From contig NC_086104.1 in the NCBI RefSeq assembly GCF_963921235.1, positions 45,570,001-45,634,000 on the forward strand: a stretch of DNA of 64,000 nt, read 5' to 3'. The translations under genes were made by a program, and so were the position numbers. Origin of the DNA: Mobula hypostoma (taxonomy: Eukaryota). The notes under the pieces are model-generated. The model saw nothing but the letters and a program-made list of their open reading frames with translations, did no database searches and was not told where the DNA came from. Numbering within the stretch: the stretch's first letter is position 1; each line of letters starts with the position of its first letter. Positions 22,062 through 35,598 of the stretch are shown here, one piece after another.

Positions 22062-25000
22062 AATGGTTGGGGGGTGGGAATCAAATTAAAGAAGCTAGGC
22101 GAGAGGAGGTTAGTTCACAAGAGGGGGATGGGAACCAGTGCAGAGAGACAGAGGGGTGTAAAGTGAGGGTAGAAGCAAAAAGTACAAAGGAGAAAAGTAA
22201 AAGTGGCAGGCCGACAAATCCCGGTCAAGCATCTAAAAGGGCCACTTTTCAACATAATTGTATAAGGGCTAAGAGAGTTGTAAAAGAGCGCCTGAAGGCT
22301 TTGTGTGTCAATGCAAGGAGCATTTGTAACAAGGTGGATGAATTGAAAGTGCAGATTGTTATTAATGATTATGATATAGTTGGGATCACAGAGACATGGC
22401 TCCAGGGTGACCAAGGATGGGAGCTCAACGTTCAGGGATATTCAATATTCAGGAGGGATAGACATGAAAGAAAAGGAGGTGGGGTGGCGTTGCTGGTTAA
22501 AGATGAGATTAACGCAATAGAAAGGAAGGACATAAGCCGGGAAGATGTGGAATCGATATGGGTAGAGCTGCGTAACACTAAGGGGCAGAAAACGCTGGTG
22601 GGAGTTGTGTACAGGCCACCTAACAGTAGTAGTGAGGTCAGAGATGGTATTAAACAGGAAATTAGAAATGTGTGCAATAAAGGAACAGCAGTTATAATGG
22701 GTGACTTCAATCTACATGTAGATTGGGTGAACCAAATTGGTAAAGGTGCTGAGGAAGAGGATTTCTTGGAATGTATGCGGGATGGTTTTTTGAACCAACA
22801 TGTCGAGGAACCAACTAGGGAGCAGGTTATTCTAGACTGGGTATTGAGCAATGAGGAAGGTTTAATTAGCAATCTTGTCATGAGAGGCCCCTTGGGTAAG
22901 AGTGACCATAATATGGTGGAATTCTTCATTAAGATGGGGAGTGACATAGTTAATTCAGAAACAAAGGTTCTGAACTTAAAGAGGGGTAACTTTGAAGGTA
23001 TGAGACGTGAATTAGCTAAGGTAGACTGGCAAATGACACTTAAAGGATTGACGGTGGATATGCAATGGCAAGCATTTAAAGATCGCATGGATGAACTACA
23101 ACAATTGTTCATCCCAGTTTGGCAAAAGAATAAATCAAGGAAGGTAGTGCACCCATGGCTGACAAGAAAAATTAGGGATAGTATCAATTCCAAAGAAGAA
23201 GCATACAAATTAGCCAGAAAAAGTGGCTCACCTGAGGACTGGGAGAAATTCAGAGTTCAGCAGAGGAGGACAAAGGGCTTATATAGGAAGGGGAAAAAAG
23301 ATTATGAGAGAAAACTGGCGGGGAACATAAAAACTGACTGTAAAAGCTTTTATAGATATGTGAAAAGAAAAAGATTGGTTAAGACAAATGTAGGTCCCCT
23401 ACAGACAGAAACAGGTGAATTGATTATGGGGAGCAAGGACATGGCAGACCAATTGGATAATTACTTTGGTTCTGTCTTCACTAAGGAGGACATAAATAAT
23501 CTTCTGGAAATAGTAGGGGACAGAGGGTCCAGTGAGATGGAGGAACTGAGCAAAATACATGTTTAGTAGGGAAGTGGTGTTGGGTAAATTGAAGGAATTA
23601 AAGGCAGATAAATCCCCAGGGCCAGATGGTCTGCATCCTAGAGTATTTAAGGAAGTAGCCCAAGAAATAGTGGATGCATTAGTGATAATTTTTCAAAACT
23701 CTTTAGATTCTGGACTAGTTCCTGAGGATTGGAGGGTGGCTAATGTAACCCCACTTTTTAAAAAAGGAGGGAGAGAGAAACCGGGGAATTATAGAGCAGT
23801 TAGCCTAACGTCGGTGGTGGGGAAACTGCTGGAGTCAGTTATCAAAGATGTGATAACAGCACATTTGGAAAGCGGTGAAATCATTGGACAAAGTCAGCGT
23901 GGATTTGTGAAAGGAAAATCATGTCTGACGAATCTCATAGAATTTTTTGAGGATGTAACTAGTAGAGTGGATAGGGGAGAACCAGTGGATGTGGTATATT
24001 TGGATTTTCAAAAGGCTTTTGACAAGGTCCCACACAGGAGATTAGTGTGCAAACTTAAAGCACACAGTATTGGGGGTAAGGTATTGATGTGGATAGAGAA
24101 TTGGTTAGCAGACAGGAAGCAAAGAGTGGGAATAAACAGGACCTTTTCAGAATGGCAGGCAGTGACTAGTGGGGTACCACAAGGCTCAGTGCTGGGACCC
24201 CAGTTGTTTACAATATATATTAATGACTTGGATGAGGGAATTAAATGCAGCATCTCCATGTTTGCGGATGACATGAAGCTGGGCGGCAGTGTTAGCTATG
24301 AGGGGGATGCTAAGAGGATGCAGGGTGACTTGGATAGGTTGGGTGAGTGGGCAAATTCATAGCAGATGCAATTTAATGTGGATAAATGTGAAGTTATCCA
24401 CTTTGGTGGCAAAAATAGGAAAACAGATTATTATCTGAATGGTGGCCGATTCGTAAAAGGGGAGGTGCAACGAGACCTGGGTGTCATTATACACCAATCA
24501 TTGAAAGTGGGCATGCAGGTACAGCAGGCGGTGAAAAAGGCGAATGGTATGCTGGCATTTATAGCGAGAGGATTCGAGTACAGGAGCAGGGAGGTACTAC
24601 TGCAGTTGTACAAGGCCTTGGTAAGACCACACCTGGAGTATTGTGTGCAGTTTTGGTCCCCTAGTCTGAGGAAAGACATCCTTGCCATAGAGGGAGTACA
24701 AAGAAGGTTCACCAGATTGATTCCTTGGATGGCAGGACTTTCATATGAAGAAAGACTGGTTGAACTGAGCTTGTATTCATTGGAACTTAGAAGATTGAGG
24801 GGGGATCTGATTGAAACGTATAAAATCCTAAAGGGATTGGACAGGCTAGATGCAGGAAGATTGTTCCCGATGTTGGGGAAGTCCAGAAGGAGGGGTCACA
24901 GTTTGAGGATAAAGGGGAAGCCTTTTAGGACCGAGATTAGGAAAAACTTCTTCACACAGAGAGTGGTGAATCTGTGGAATTTTCTGCCACAGGAAACAGT

Positions 25001-25100
25001 TGAGGCCAGTTCATTGGCTATATTTAAGAGGGAGTTAGATATGGCCCTTGTGGCTACGGGGATCAGGGGGTATGGAGGGAAGGCTGTTGCAGGTTTCTGA
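22046..25100 (+). pseudogene. CR1 ORF2 (APE endonuclease + reverse transcriptase), one frameshift and one nonsense codon
   Basis: NARS, GITETW, VYRPP, MGDFN, SDH (EN); [32 protein letters not shown] (RT). Extra T near 23562; TAG at 24360-24362 in place of Trp. Confidence 0.95.
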
Positions 25101-26668
25101 GTTGGATGATCAGCCATGATCATAATAAATGGCAGTGCAGGCTTGAAGGGCTGAATGGTCCTACTCCTGCACCTATTTTCTATGTTTCTATGTTACTCAC
25201 TCTGAGACTGAAAGCTACACACCTCTTCACATCGGGCACTCTGAATTTTTTCATAGGCATTCTCCAGTAGGGCTTCCAGCACGTTTAGAGGTGTGATTGA
25301 CAGTCTTTTGCATGGCAGCACATTAACCACATTTTATTTCAGGAGCCTCACATGAACCACAGAGCAGCCTATTCTATGTGGCATTTAAAGTGACTTGCGC
25401 ATAACTGCAATTAGTAAGGAGCAAGTAATTTGAATTAGTTTGAAAGTGCTTTTGCATGCATTGCAGTAAATAACCTGCATCTTTGCTTTCTGGGTTCCAT
25501 TAAAGAAAACAATTTTGAGGTCTCATCTGAATAATGATCAGAAATGTTGTCCACTTTTGAAGCTGATCTGGCCCCCATTTTCTGTAATGGATTCAAAACC
25601 AAATAGAAGAAACCTTTTAAGTAGGGCAAGGTTTGGCCTTTCTGAAATGATCGGCTTTCATGTGTGCAGCCTTCACTATTTTTTGCAGCATGGCCCAGGC
25701 CCATTGTTAAAGACTTGGCTTCAAAAATGCTTGCACAATGATTGATGTCACTGCTGCACACCAAGTGTCCTTCATGCATATGCTTATTACACAAATAAAA
25801 AAAATCCCAAATTTTAATATGCCCTAAAATTAATTTAACAATTAATTTTAATACACTATTCATTCCAAACACAGAATGATGATTTCCAGCATTGACCTAA
25901 TAAATTATTCAGAATGAGTCCCAGCACATATTGAACTTTGTGGGAACAGGTCACCAAGTTGGGGCAGGAAAATCCATATAGAGGTGCAAGAAAATTTAAA
26001 GAACTGCAGCAGCAATTACAGGAATGTGGCTGCACCGGATGATAAAAATTGTTGCAGCCTTTCCAAGGGCTGAAAATATTTGAAAACTTGGCCAAATATT
26101 GAAATGTAATTGCCAAAAGCTATTGCTGGAAAAATAAATGTCCAGGAGAGTGATGGAGTAGTGGAGACCCTGAACCTCGCATTTAATGATTTGGTGAAGT
26201 AAAGATCTAATGAGATTGATTCAATTTGGCAATTCCAAATAACTTTTTTCAGAGGACGCCAGTGCAACCTGACTGTGCACACTAATCACAGGACTTTGAA
26301 ACAGATGGTGTGCCTTAAGGAAAGTTTCATGTGTTGACTATCCAACAGCCCTATTTACCAGATAATTATCTAGTTATTAATGCCATTAGTATTGCCTGTT
26401 CCATTGCGTTTTGCCCTCTCAGGCAAGCTCTCGCACAATCATGCAGCTGTTTCATTTCTCATGCACGTATATTTTACAACAGGAAGCAATATTAGATCCG
26501 CAACTGAGGGCTGATATTATAAGCACAAATGGATTCGTGCAAAACAGTGTAACAAAAGCTCTGTCCCTAGTTAATATGTGGTCCATTCGGCCCACAATGC
26601 TGTGCCGAACATGTACTGACTTAGAAATTTCCTAGGGTTACCTATAGCCCTCTATTTTTCTCAACTCC

Positions 26669-26695
26669 ATATATATATATATATATATATATATA
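26669..26695. repeat. (AT)n microsatellite next to a CR1 tail remnant (26581-26668, minus)
   Basis: Direct reading of the sequence. Confidence 0.95.
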
Positions 26696-27309
26696 GCATT
26701 TAAAGCAAAATCAAAAACTGTCATTTATTCCATTAGGTCCAGTCAGTGGTTAAGCTGCACACTAGCCTCCCATCCTTCTTCATTTAACTCTGTAACTTTC
26801 ATTCCATTTTATTCTCTCTTGTGCTTTAGCTTCTTAAATACGCATGTCATTTACCTCAACCGTTTCTTATTAACAAAGTCCACAATTTGAATGCTTAACT
26901 GGTATGGTGTGTTTTCATTTCTTCCTTGACTCCTGTGTTGTGTCTCACAAAGTCACAATCAGTAAAAGCATCATGGTTGCTCAACGGTATATTGTGGCAT
27001 TCCAATTTTAACAAAAACGAGAAGCACCCTAATCAATGTTGTAGTGATTAGCCACGTTACATTGTCTGAAAGGAGACTGCAATCCAGTGATCTTAAAGTC
27101 ACAATTACTATTGCAGTTATTGTCACAAATCAAACTACTACACAAGAAAAGGCAAAGGTGGAAGGGCAGCACAAGTGTGATAGGCTGGACTGAGTACACT
27201 TAACAGGATGAAGAGAGACAAACAAATTTCAAAACATTAACAGGAAAAGTATTTTTGGTAATAAATAATTTTCTATCAGACTCCTGAATGGACATTGAAC
27301 CAAAAGTTT

Positions 27310-29108
27310 CTTCATACACATACAGTGTAAAAAAGAGGTGAGAATGGCTCTCAGACCACAGGAAAACAATGCCAGAGAAGTAGTAATGGGGGACAAGGAA
27401 ATGGCGCATGATTTGAATAAGTATTGTGCATCAGCCTTCACTGTGGAAGGTATTAGCAGTATGGTGGAGGTTCCAGGTGTCAGGGGTCATGAAGTAAGTG
27501 ATGTAACCATAACTAGAGAAAAGTTTCTTGAGAAAATGAAAGATCTGAAGGTAGATAAGGCAACTGAACGAGATAGTGTACAACATAGAGTTCTGAAAGA
27601 GGTGGCTGAAGAGATTGTGGAGGCATTAGTAATGATCTTTCAAGAATTGCTAGATTCTGGAATGGTTCCGGAAGACTGGAAAATTACAAATGTCACACCA
27701 CTCTTCAAGAAGGGAGAGAGATAGAAGAAAGGAAGCTATTCACCAGTTAGTCTGACCTCAGTGGTTGGGAAGATGTTGGAGTCGATTATTAAGGATGAGG
27801 TCTCAGGGTACTTGGAGGCACATGATAAATTAGGCCGTACTCAACATGGTTTCCTCAAGGGAAAACCTTGCCTAATAGATCTGTTGACATTCTTTGAAGA
27901 AGTAACAAGCAGGATAGAGAAAGGAGAATTGGTTGATGGTATGTACTTGGATTTACAAAAGGCCTTTGACAAGGTGCCATATATGAGGTTGCTTAACAAG
28001 CTATGAGCCCATGGTATTACAGGGAAGATTCTAGCATGGATAAAGCAGTGGTTCATTGATAGGAGGCAAAGATTGGGAATAAAGGGAGCCTTCTCAGGTT
28101 TGCTGGCAGTGACTAGTGGTGTTCCACAGGGGCCGTGTTGGGACTGATTCTTTTTACATTATATGTCAATGATTTGAATGATGGAACTGATGGTTTTGTT
28201 CCAAAGTTTGCAGATAAATATGAATGTAGGTGGAAGGCAGGTAGTTTTGAAGAAGTCGAGAGACTATGGAAGGTGTTAGCCAGATTAGGAGAATGGGCAA
28301 AGAAGTGGCAGATGGAATACAGTGTCACTAATTGTATGATCGTGCACTTTGGCAGAATAAATGAAAGGGTGAGTATTTTTTCTGAATGGAGAGAAAGTAC
28401 AAAAAATGGAGATGCAAAGGGACTTGGGAGTCCTTGTGCAGGATTCCATAAAGGTTAATTTTCAGGTTGAGTCTGTGGTGAGGAAAGCAAATACAATGTT
28501 AGCATTAATTTCAAGAGAACTAAAATATATAAAAGGAAGGATGTGATGTTGAGACTTCATCAAGCACTGGTGAGAAATTTCCTGGAGTATTGTGAACAGG
28601 TTTGGCCCCTTTATCTTACAAATAATGTGCTGAAGCTGGAGAGGGTTCAATGGAGGTTCACAAAAATGATTCCAAAATTGAATGGTTTGTCGTATGAGGA
28701 GCTTTTGATGGCTCTGTACCTATATTCACTAGAATTCATAAAAATGGAGGTGACCTGATTGAAGCCTATTGAATGGTGAAAGGCCATGATGAATGGATGT
28801 GGATAGGATGTTTTCTATGGTGGGAGAGTCTAAGACCAGAGGACACAGCCTCAGAATAGAAGGGTGTCCTTTTAGAATGGAGATGGGGAGGAACTTCTTT
28901 AGCCAAAGGGTGGTGGATCTGAGGAATTCATTGCCATATGAAGCTGTGGCAGCCAAGTCTTCATTTATATTTATATCATAGCTTGATAAATTCTTGATTG
29001 ATCAGGCTATGAAGGGATTTGGGGAGAAGGCAGGAAACTGGAGCAGAGAGGAAAATTTTATTAGTCATGATGAAATGTCCTAATTCTGCTCTTGTATCTT
29101 ATGTTCTT
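27310..29108 (+). mobile_element. CR1 ORF2 RT-to-tail fragment, decayed
   Basis: VPEDWKITNVTPLFKKG, QHGFLKGK, YLDLQKAFDKVP, KFAD, RNFFSQRVV; tail tcttatgttctta. Confidence 0.93.
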
Positions 29109-30469
29109 AATTTAACAATTTAATATATATCTATATATACTTGCTGTAATTCATGTTTTTTCTATATTATTATCAGTTGCATTGTTCTATTGCTACAAAT
29201 TTGGTGACAATTAAATCTAATTCTGATTCTGTTTTAAAAATGAAATATTCAACGATTTCTTGACCTAAAAAAAATGAACAAAAATTAAGCTTTGGTCAGT
29301 TGATAAGGGTATATGATGTTTTATCACTGGGATCAATATTTCACATGTACTGCAAGCACCTGTGATTTACAGAGTTGACCTTGCATTATAGTACAACTTT
29401 GTCTCATTTACATATTGCCATGATGCTCCCAGTGAACAGTAAATAACACACATAAGGAGCACGGGTTAAACTTCAGGACTTAGGTTATCTAGAAGGAAGG
29501 GCATTTAAATCCACTTTTCTTAAAAAATGTATGTTTTGAAGTTGTATTAATATAGATGGGTGTGGAGAGGCACAATGAGCACAATAGGAATTACCTGTTG
29601 CAAGACAAATTGATAACAGAATAATATTTCTCAGAGGTCTGAATTCTACGAGATGCTGACTGTTGCATAGAGCAATCAGACAACTTTTTGATAAGCAAGA
29701 GGTGAGAGTAATTTGGATGTTATTAGCAGGAAATATCAAAATCTTTATTCTTTTTTTTTAAAAAAAGGTTCGGATTCAATGTTAAAAGTTATAATTGGGC
29801 TAAACAGCATCGATCCAAAAACTGTTGATAATGCAGGAACAATAGAGCTTGTTTGACCTACTGCTGGCATAGTACCAAACTTCTGCAACCAGCTTGTTGT
29901 ATTGATTTCACTGTCCATTGACCACAAACCAGACCATTCATTAACTTAAGACCTCAGTTTGAAGCCCTATTTTCTGTGTGGTTGCCACCAATTAAAAGAT
30001 AGTCTGTATCAATTAAAGGAAATGGCCTTTGTGCAACAGATGCTGGCAGGCATCCTAGAAAAGAAGCTTACCTGGAAGGCATTTCAGAATGGTATTAAGA
30101 TGGAATTCTCTGATTTTTTATTTGATGTTGTACAGGAGGTCATTGTGCAGAATGCAGAGAAGAGTTAAAGGTTATGGAGTGATGTGGCAGCCAGGAAGCT
30201 ATCCAGCTACACACTCCAAAGAAAGTGGCTGGCTGTTTCCTACTAGAAGCATGATTTATAAATAAGTTGAACTTGCAATTTGTATTAGAATCAGCTCAAT
30301 ATACAAGTTAGAAATAAGAGAACTATCTTATTTGTCTTTGCAGTCTCTTTTGATCTTTGCAAATTGCAGAAAATTGCATCAAAATTTGTTTAAATAATTA
30401 TTTTTAAATACTAACATTAATTTATTCTAAGTACAAATTCTTCTAAAATTATTCTATATACAGTATAAA

Positions 30470-32068
30470 CTCACAGGCATCTTTGAGATACCAGGGACAG
30501 ATGGCACATGTGGCAATGCGTACAACAGATTGCAAGTCCACACTGCCCGTCACCAAGCTGAATGCCTTCTATGCACAATTTGATGCAATGAATGATGTGA
30601 TATCGAGGAAAGTCCCCTCTCACCCTAAGAAGCAGGCATCCTTTCTGGCTGCAGCCAAGGTGAGGAGGATCCTAGCCAGGGTAAACCCATGCAAAGCTGT
30701 GGTATTAAGCAACAAGCCTGTTGGGTGCTGAGGGATTGTGCGGTCCAGCTAACAGAAGTCTTAAGGGATATTTTAGACACCTCTTTCCAATAGTCCACTA
30801 TTCTGCAGACTTCAAGGCAGCCACCATCATTCCAATGGCCAAGAGAGCAACAGTATCTGTCTAAACAATTACCATCCAGTGGCACTGACCTCATGAAGTG
30901 CTCTGAGTGGCTAGTAACGGATCATATGAAATCTTACCATCCTGCTTTATTAGACCCTTTCCAGTATGTCTACCACTCAAATTAGTACGCTGATATAAAG
31001 CAATAGCCTTGGCTCTCGATTCCATCCTGTCCCACCTAGAAAAAAATGCCTCATATGCCAGGTTGTTGTTCATTGACATCAGCTCAGTGGTTAACATGAA
31101 CACCCCTCTGAGGCTGGTGGGTAAACTGTCTTTGTTGGGATGGGACTCAGCACCTCTCTCTGTAACTGGATCTTGGATTTCTTGACAGAAAGACCCCAGT
31201 CAGTCTCAGTTGGCAGTAACATCTCAGTCTCTATCACACTGAGCATGGGTGTCCCCCAGGACTGTGTGCTTAGTCCGCTGCTGTTCACGCTGCTGACTCA
31301 CAGCTGCACTGGCAGATCTAGCTTAAATCATATCAAGTTTGCTGAGAATACTACAGTTGTTGGCCTCATCAGTGATAATGAGTTGGCATGGAGAGCAGAG
31401 GTAGAGAAACTTGTCAAATGGTGTAAGAACAACAACCTGAGTCTCAACAAGGAGAAGACAAGAGAGATGATTGTGGACTTCAGGAAGATGAAGTTCGACC
31501 AATCTACATTGCACATCCGACTGCAATTTTCTACAGGAGCACTAGTGAGAATGTCCTATCTGGCTGCAAATTTATGTGGTACGTAAGCTGGAAGGCACTG
31601 AAATGAAAGACCCTGTAGCGAATAGTAAAATCTGCTGAAAGGATCTCTGGGATCTCCCTCCCTGCTATTTTGAGACATTTGCCAGGAGTGTTGTATGCAA
31701 AGGACCTGAGGAATTGTTGAGGATCCCAGCCACCCATCCTACAATCTCATTGACACAGTCCCATCAGGAAGGAGGTACAGAAGCACCAGGACTTGGATTG
31801 CCAGAATGGGTAACAGCTTCTTCCCTCGAGCTGTGTGACTAATGAATACTCTGCCACCAATGGGGCCTCGTTACTAAGGCAATGAGCCTGTTTACTGTTT
31901 ACCTGCACTGCGCACTACCTGCACTTGAATTATATTTTATCAATTTATTTGTTGTAATATTTAGTTTTTATGTGCTGTGTGTAACATATGTTTTGTGGGT
32001 GCACGTGGTCTGGAGAATGTTGTTTCGTCTGGCTGTATATGTTTACCGTCAGATGAACTTGAACTTGA
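30470..32068 (+). mobile_element. Rex1/Babar-like LINE RT fragment, decayed
   Basis: [62 protein letters not shown]; tail gaacttgaacttga. Confidence 0.9.
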
Positions 32069-32359
32069 TGTATTATTTTTTCACAAATGCTGTTAAATAG
32101 AAACTAAATTAAGCATTCCTAGTTAATTTTTAAGTAACACCTTTCTTGTTTCTAGATGATTGGACTGAGTATAGGGTCTTCAGTTAGATTACATCATCGT
32201 ATAGATTTGCATCCTCAATAACATAATTTTGGTCTCCAATTCAATGTACTACTAAACCACACCTACACGTTCTTAAAGCCAGATAGACTTACCATGAAAT
32301 TATATTGTGAATTTATAGTGTTCTGAGTATTTGGGGCTCTCCAGATATCAACATTCTTA

Positions 32360-32583
32360 GCAACACATATAAAATGCTGGAGGAACTCAGCAGGCCAGCC
32401 AATATTATGTAAAAGAGTAAACAGGTCGATGTTTTGGACAGAGACCCTTCATGATGAGGGTCTTGGCCTGAAACGTCGACTGTTTACTCTTTTCCACAGA
32501 TGCTGGCAAGCCTGCTGAATTCCTCTAGCATTTTGTGTGTATTGCTTGGATTTCCAGCATCTGCAGATTTTCTCTTGTTTGTG
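32360..32583. mobile_element. 224-bp PLE-derived fold-back element
   Basis: Inverted pLTR arms meeting at ccttcatgatgaggg (about 32452); 13-bp TSD atcaacattctta (32347-32359) / atcaacattttta (32584-32596). Confidence 0.9.
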
Positions 32584-33504
32584 ATCAACATTTTTATATA
32601 CGCAGAAAGACATAAGTACTCAGTGCCCAACAGCAGTAGGAGACAGCATTATGCTGGTTAAAAGGCTTTTTGAGAATCTTTATTAATATTAAAGTGATAT
32701 AAATGTGGCCATATAGATCAAAGCCAAGGTTTCCACTCCACCAGCATCAGATCTTCTCCTGTACCTTTGGCCATAGTAATTTGAAAATAGGGCCTGCCTT
32801 TGAACTAAAACATTTTTGTTTTGTCTTTATTCTTGCACTTCTCCAGGGCATCAAAACTGAAACTTGAAGTTCAGTGTTCTTTCAAGGCTGGCTGAATTAG
32901 AAATTGGTGATTTATTTTATATTCTGCTATTTTTGTCCATGGAAATACAAAATAAAACAAAGTAAATACTATAGCTTTCGTCTGACAGAATGGATGCTGA
33001 CCGTGACAGATCTTTGGCATTTGTTGCAGCCAAATTACATCTCCTGGTATTCACTTCCTAAATGATAAGTAGCAGCTCTGTTAGAAATGGAAGTTATTCT
33101 AGACACCCCAAAATACCCAGGTGATTTTTTGCAGAATATTTAATAATATTTGTGGCAATAAATATTAAAATGATTTTGTAAAAAGTATACAGTATTAGTA
33201 AATAAGGTATATTAATCCAATATTTATAGAATCATTCAATTTATTCTGCAAGAAGGAGCCATTCCACAAATTATGTCAATGGTGGTCCTTTAGCAGATGT
33301 CTAATTTAATCCCAGATTTGAATTTCTCCCCATAACAATGTAAATTAATTCTCTAGGTATAACAAAAAACAGAAAAATAGAAGATATGAAACAAAAATAC
33401 AACTGAGTTTTTTTATGTTTCCCTGAAACTTCATCCTACAGCGCTATCAGGTAGTTTTTCCCCATGTCACAATAAACCCTTCTGTAAAGAAATTTTGTCT
33501 CAAT

Positions 33505-33745
33505 TTTAGAGGTGTGCACGATGATAAGAGGCATAGATCAAATGGACAGCCAAGACTTTTTCCCAGGGTAGAAATGGTTTATACAAGGGGGTGATTGGAG
33601 GATATCAGAGGTACATACTTAGGGGGATGTCAGAGATAATTATTTTTAGACAGCGAGTAGTGGGTGCATAGAATATGCTGCTGGGTGTGTTGATGAGGTC
33701 AGATTCATTCAGGTCATTTAAGAGTCTCTTAGAAAAGACCTTAAC
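33505..33745 (+). mobile_element. CR1 3' fragment (old)
   Basis: gataagaggcatagat...tttttcccagggtagaaatgg, similar to 4590-4800. Confidence 0.7.
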
Positions 33746-33749
33746 ACTA

Positions 33750-34870
33750 AGAGACCTAAGATATAGGAGCAGAATTAGGTAATTCAACCCATCGATCTGA
33801 TCCACCATTCCATCATGCTGATTTATTATCCTTCTCAACCCCATTATCCTGTTATCTCCCTGTAACCTTTGACATCCATATTTAACAGAAACCTATCTAC
33901 CTCTGCTTTAAGTGTACCCAATGACTTGGTCTCCACATCTGTCTGTGGCAATGAATTCCACAGACTCACCACCCTCTGGCTAAAGCAATTCCTCCTTATC
34001 TCTGTTCTAAAGGGGCATCCCTCTTTTCTGAGGCTATGTACTCTGGTCCCAGACTCCCCCACTATAGATATCATCCCCTCCGCATCAACTCTATCTAGGC
34101 CTTTCAATAGTTGATAGGTTTCAATATGATCCTCCCCCATTCTTCTAAATTCCAGTGAATTATCAAACACTCCTCATGTATTAACCCCTTCGTTCCCATA
34201 ATCATTCTTGTGATCATCTTCTGGGCACTCTCCAACAGCAGCGCATATTTTCTTAGATAAAAAATCCAAAACTGCTCACATTTCTCTAAATGTGATCTGA
34301 CCAATGCCTTATAAAGCCTCAGCATTACATTCCTGCTTCTATGTTCCAGTCCTCTCAAAAGGAATGCTAACATTTGCCTCCCACAACACCGACTCAACCT
34401 ATAAGTTAACCTGCATGAGGACTCCTAAGTCCCTTTGCACTTCAGATTTCAGAATTTCCTCTGTTTAGAAAATAACAATGCTTTTAATCCTTCTACCAAA
34501 GTGCATGATTATACACTTTCCTGCACTATATTCCATATGCCAGTTCTTTGCCCATTTCCTAACCTGCCTAGATCCTTCTGCAGCCTTACTGTTTCCACAA
34601 AACTACCTGCCCTCCATCTATCATTGTATCATTAACAGACCTAGCCTCAAAGCTATCAATTCTTTCATCCGAATCATTGACATATAATATGAAAAAAATG
34701 TTCCCAATACTGAACCCTGTGGAATACTACTAGTCACTGGCATCCAACCAGAGAAGACCCACTTTATTCCCACTCTTTGCCTCCTGCCTGTCAGCTAATT
34801 TCTCCTGCTAATATTTTTCCTATAATATCACGAGCTCTTATCTTGTTTGCAGCCTCATGTGTGGTATCTT
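33750..34870 (-). mobile_element. CR1 3' fragment
   Basis: LRLYKALVRSHLE, RRNCFSQRVVSLWNSLP; tail at 33750-33770. Confidence 0.9.
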
Positions 34871-35503
34871 TTTATGTGGTGGATGTTTACTGTCTTGTTT
34901 CTTTGCCAAGCTCAGATTTCTAAAAGCAGCCGTTGGACCTTTTAAAGATCAAACAGTTTTAAGTTAAACTTCCAACTTATATTCTTCAATTAGCTTCTGG
35001 TTGTAAATGAGAGCCAATGTTCAGTTCTCAGTGGAAATCCAAAGCAGTAATCAGTTTGAAGTTAAAAACACAGATTTGAAAACAAGCACTTTCTATAGAG
35101 TAGGATGTTGGTTCACAGTATCTGGACTATTTCTCAAGAGGTGCAGTATAAAACAGTGGCTTATTTAATTTGGCTTGTTTCAAAATAGACAACACTGGTT
35201 AAGTTGTTTAGTTGAAGGAAGCATGCAGACCAGATGCATAATATCACTTAGCCTTAAAATAGCTTATCCATTAATAACCTGGAACTTTTATGTACTCATA
35301 GAGTCAGATTCACAGCATTAATTGTGGGTTCCTGAGATCTCTGTCTCTAGAAGCTTTTGGATGTTTGTGTTTAAAGGTAAGATAGTTGAAAAGATACAAT
35401 AACTCAAACTGCCATTTAACTGAGGAACAAAATAAGTGTATAAATAAAATACAGAACAAATTAGAACACTACCTATTCTACTAGAGTACGATAAAACTGT
35501 GCA

Positions 35504-35598
35504 ACACACACAAAATACTGGAGGAACTCAGAAGGTCAGGCAGCATCTCTGGAAAAGAGTACAGTTGACGTTCTGAGCCGAGACTATTCAGCAGGACT
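35504..35598 (-). mobile_element. 95-bp PLE pLTR-derived insertion starting at hammerhead stem I
   Basis: Minus strand agtcCTGCTGAatagtctcggctcaGAAcgtcaactg; 13-bp TSD ataaaactgtgca / ataaaactttgca. Confidence 0.85.

Larger units (their letters stand above)
21436..25194 (+). mobile_element. Young 5'-truncated CR1 LINE (ORF1 C-terminal half, full-length ORF2, 3' tail)
   Basis: Long open frames, only two ORF-breaking lesions, tail (tttctatg)2. Confidence 0.97.

Noticed and set aside
22432-23208. 258-aa and other long minus-strand ORFs over the CR1 (also 21136-21849)
   Set aside because: Antisense shadows of the retroelement coding frames with no independent motifs.
29745-30168. Short ORFs in unique DNA (29745-29927, 29959-30168; also 25435-25872, 41294-41707)
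   Set aside because: No recognisable domains or convincing splice-site pairs; lengths are compatible with chance.
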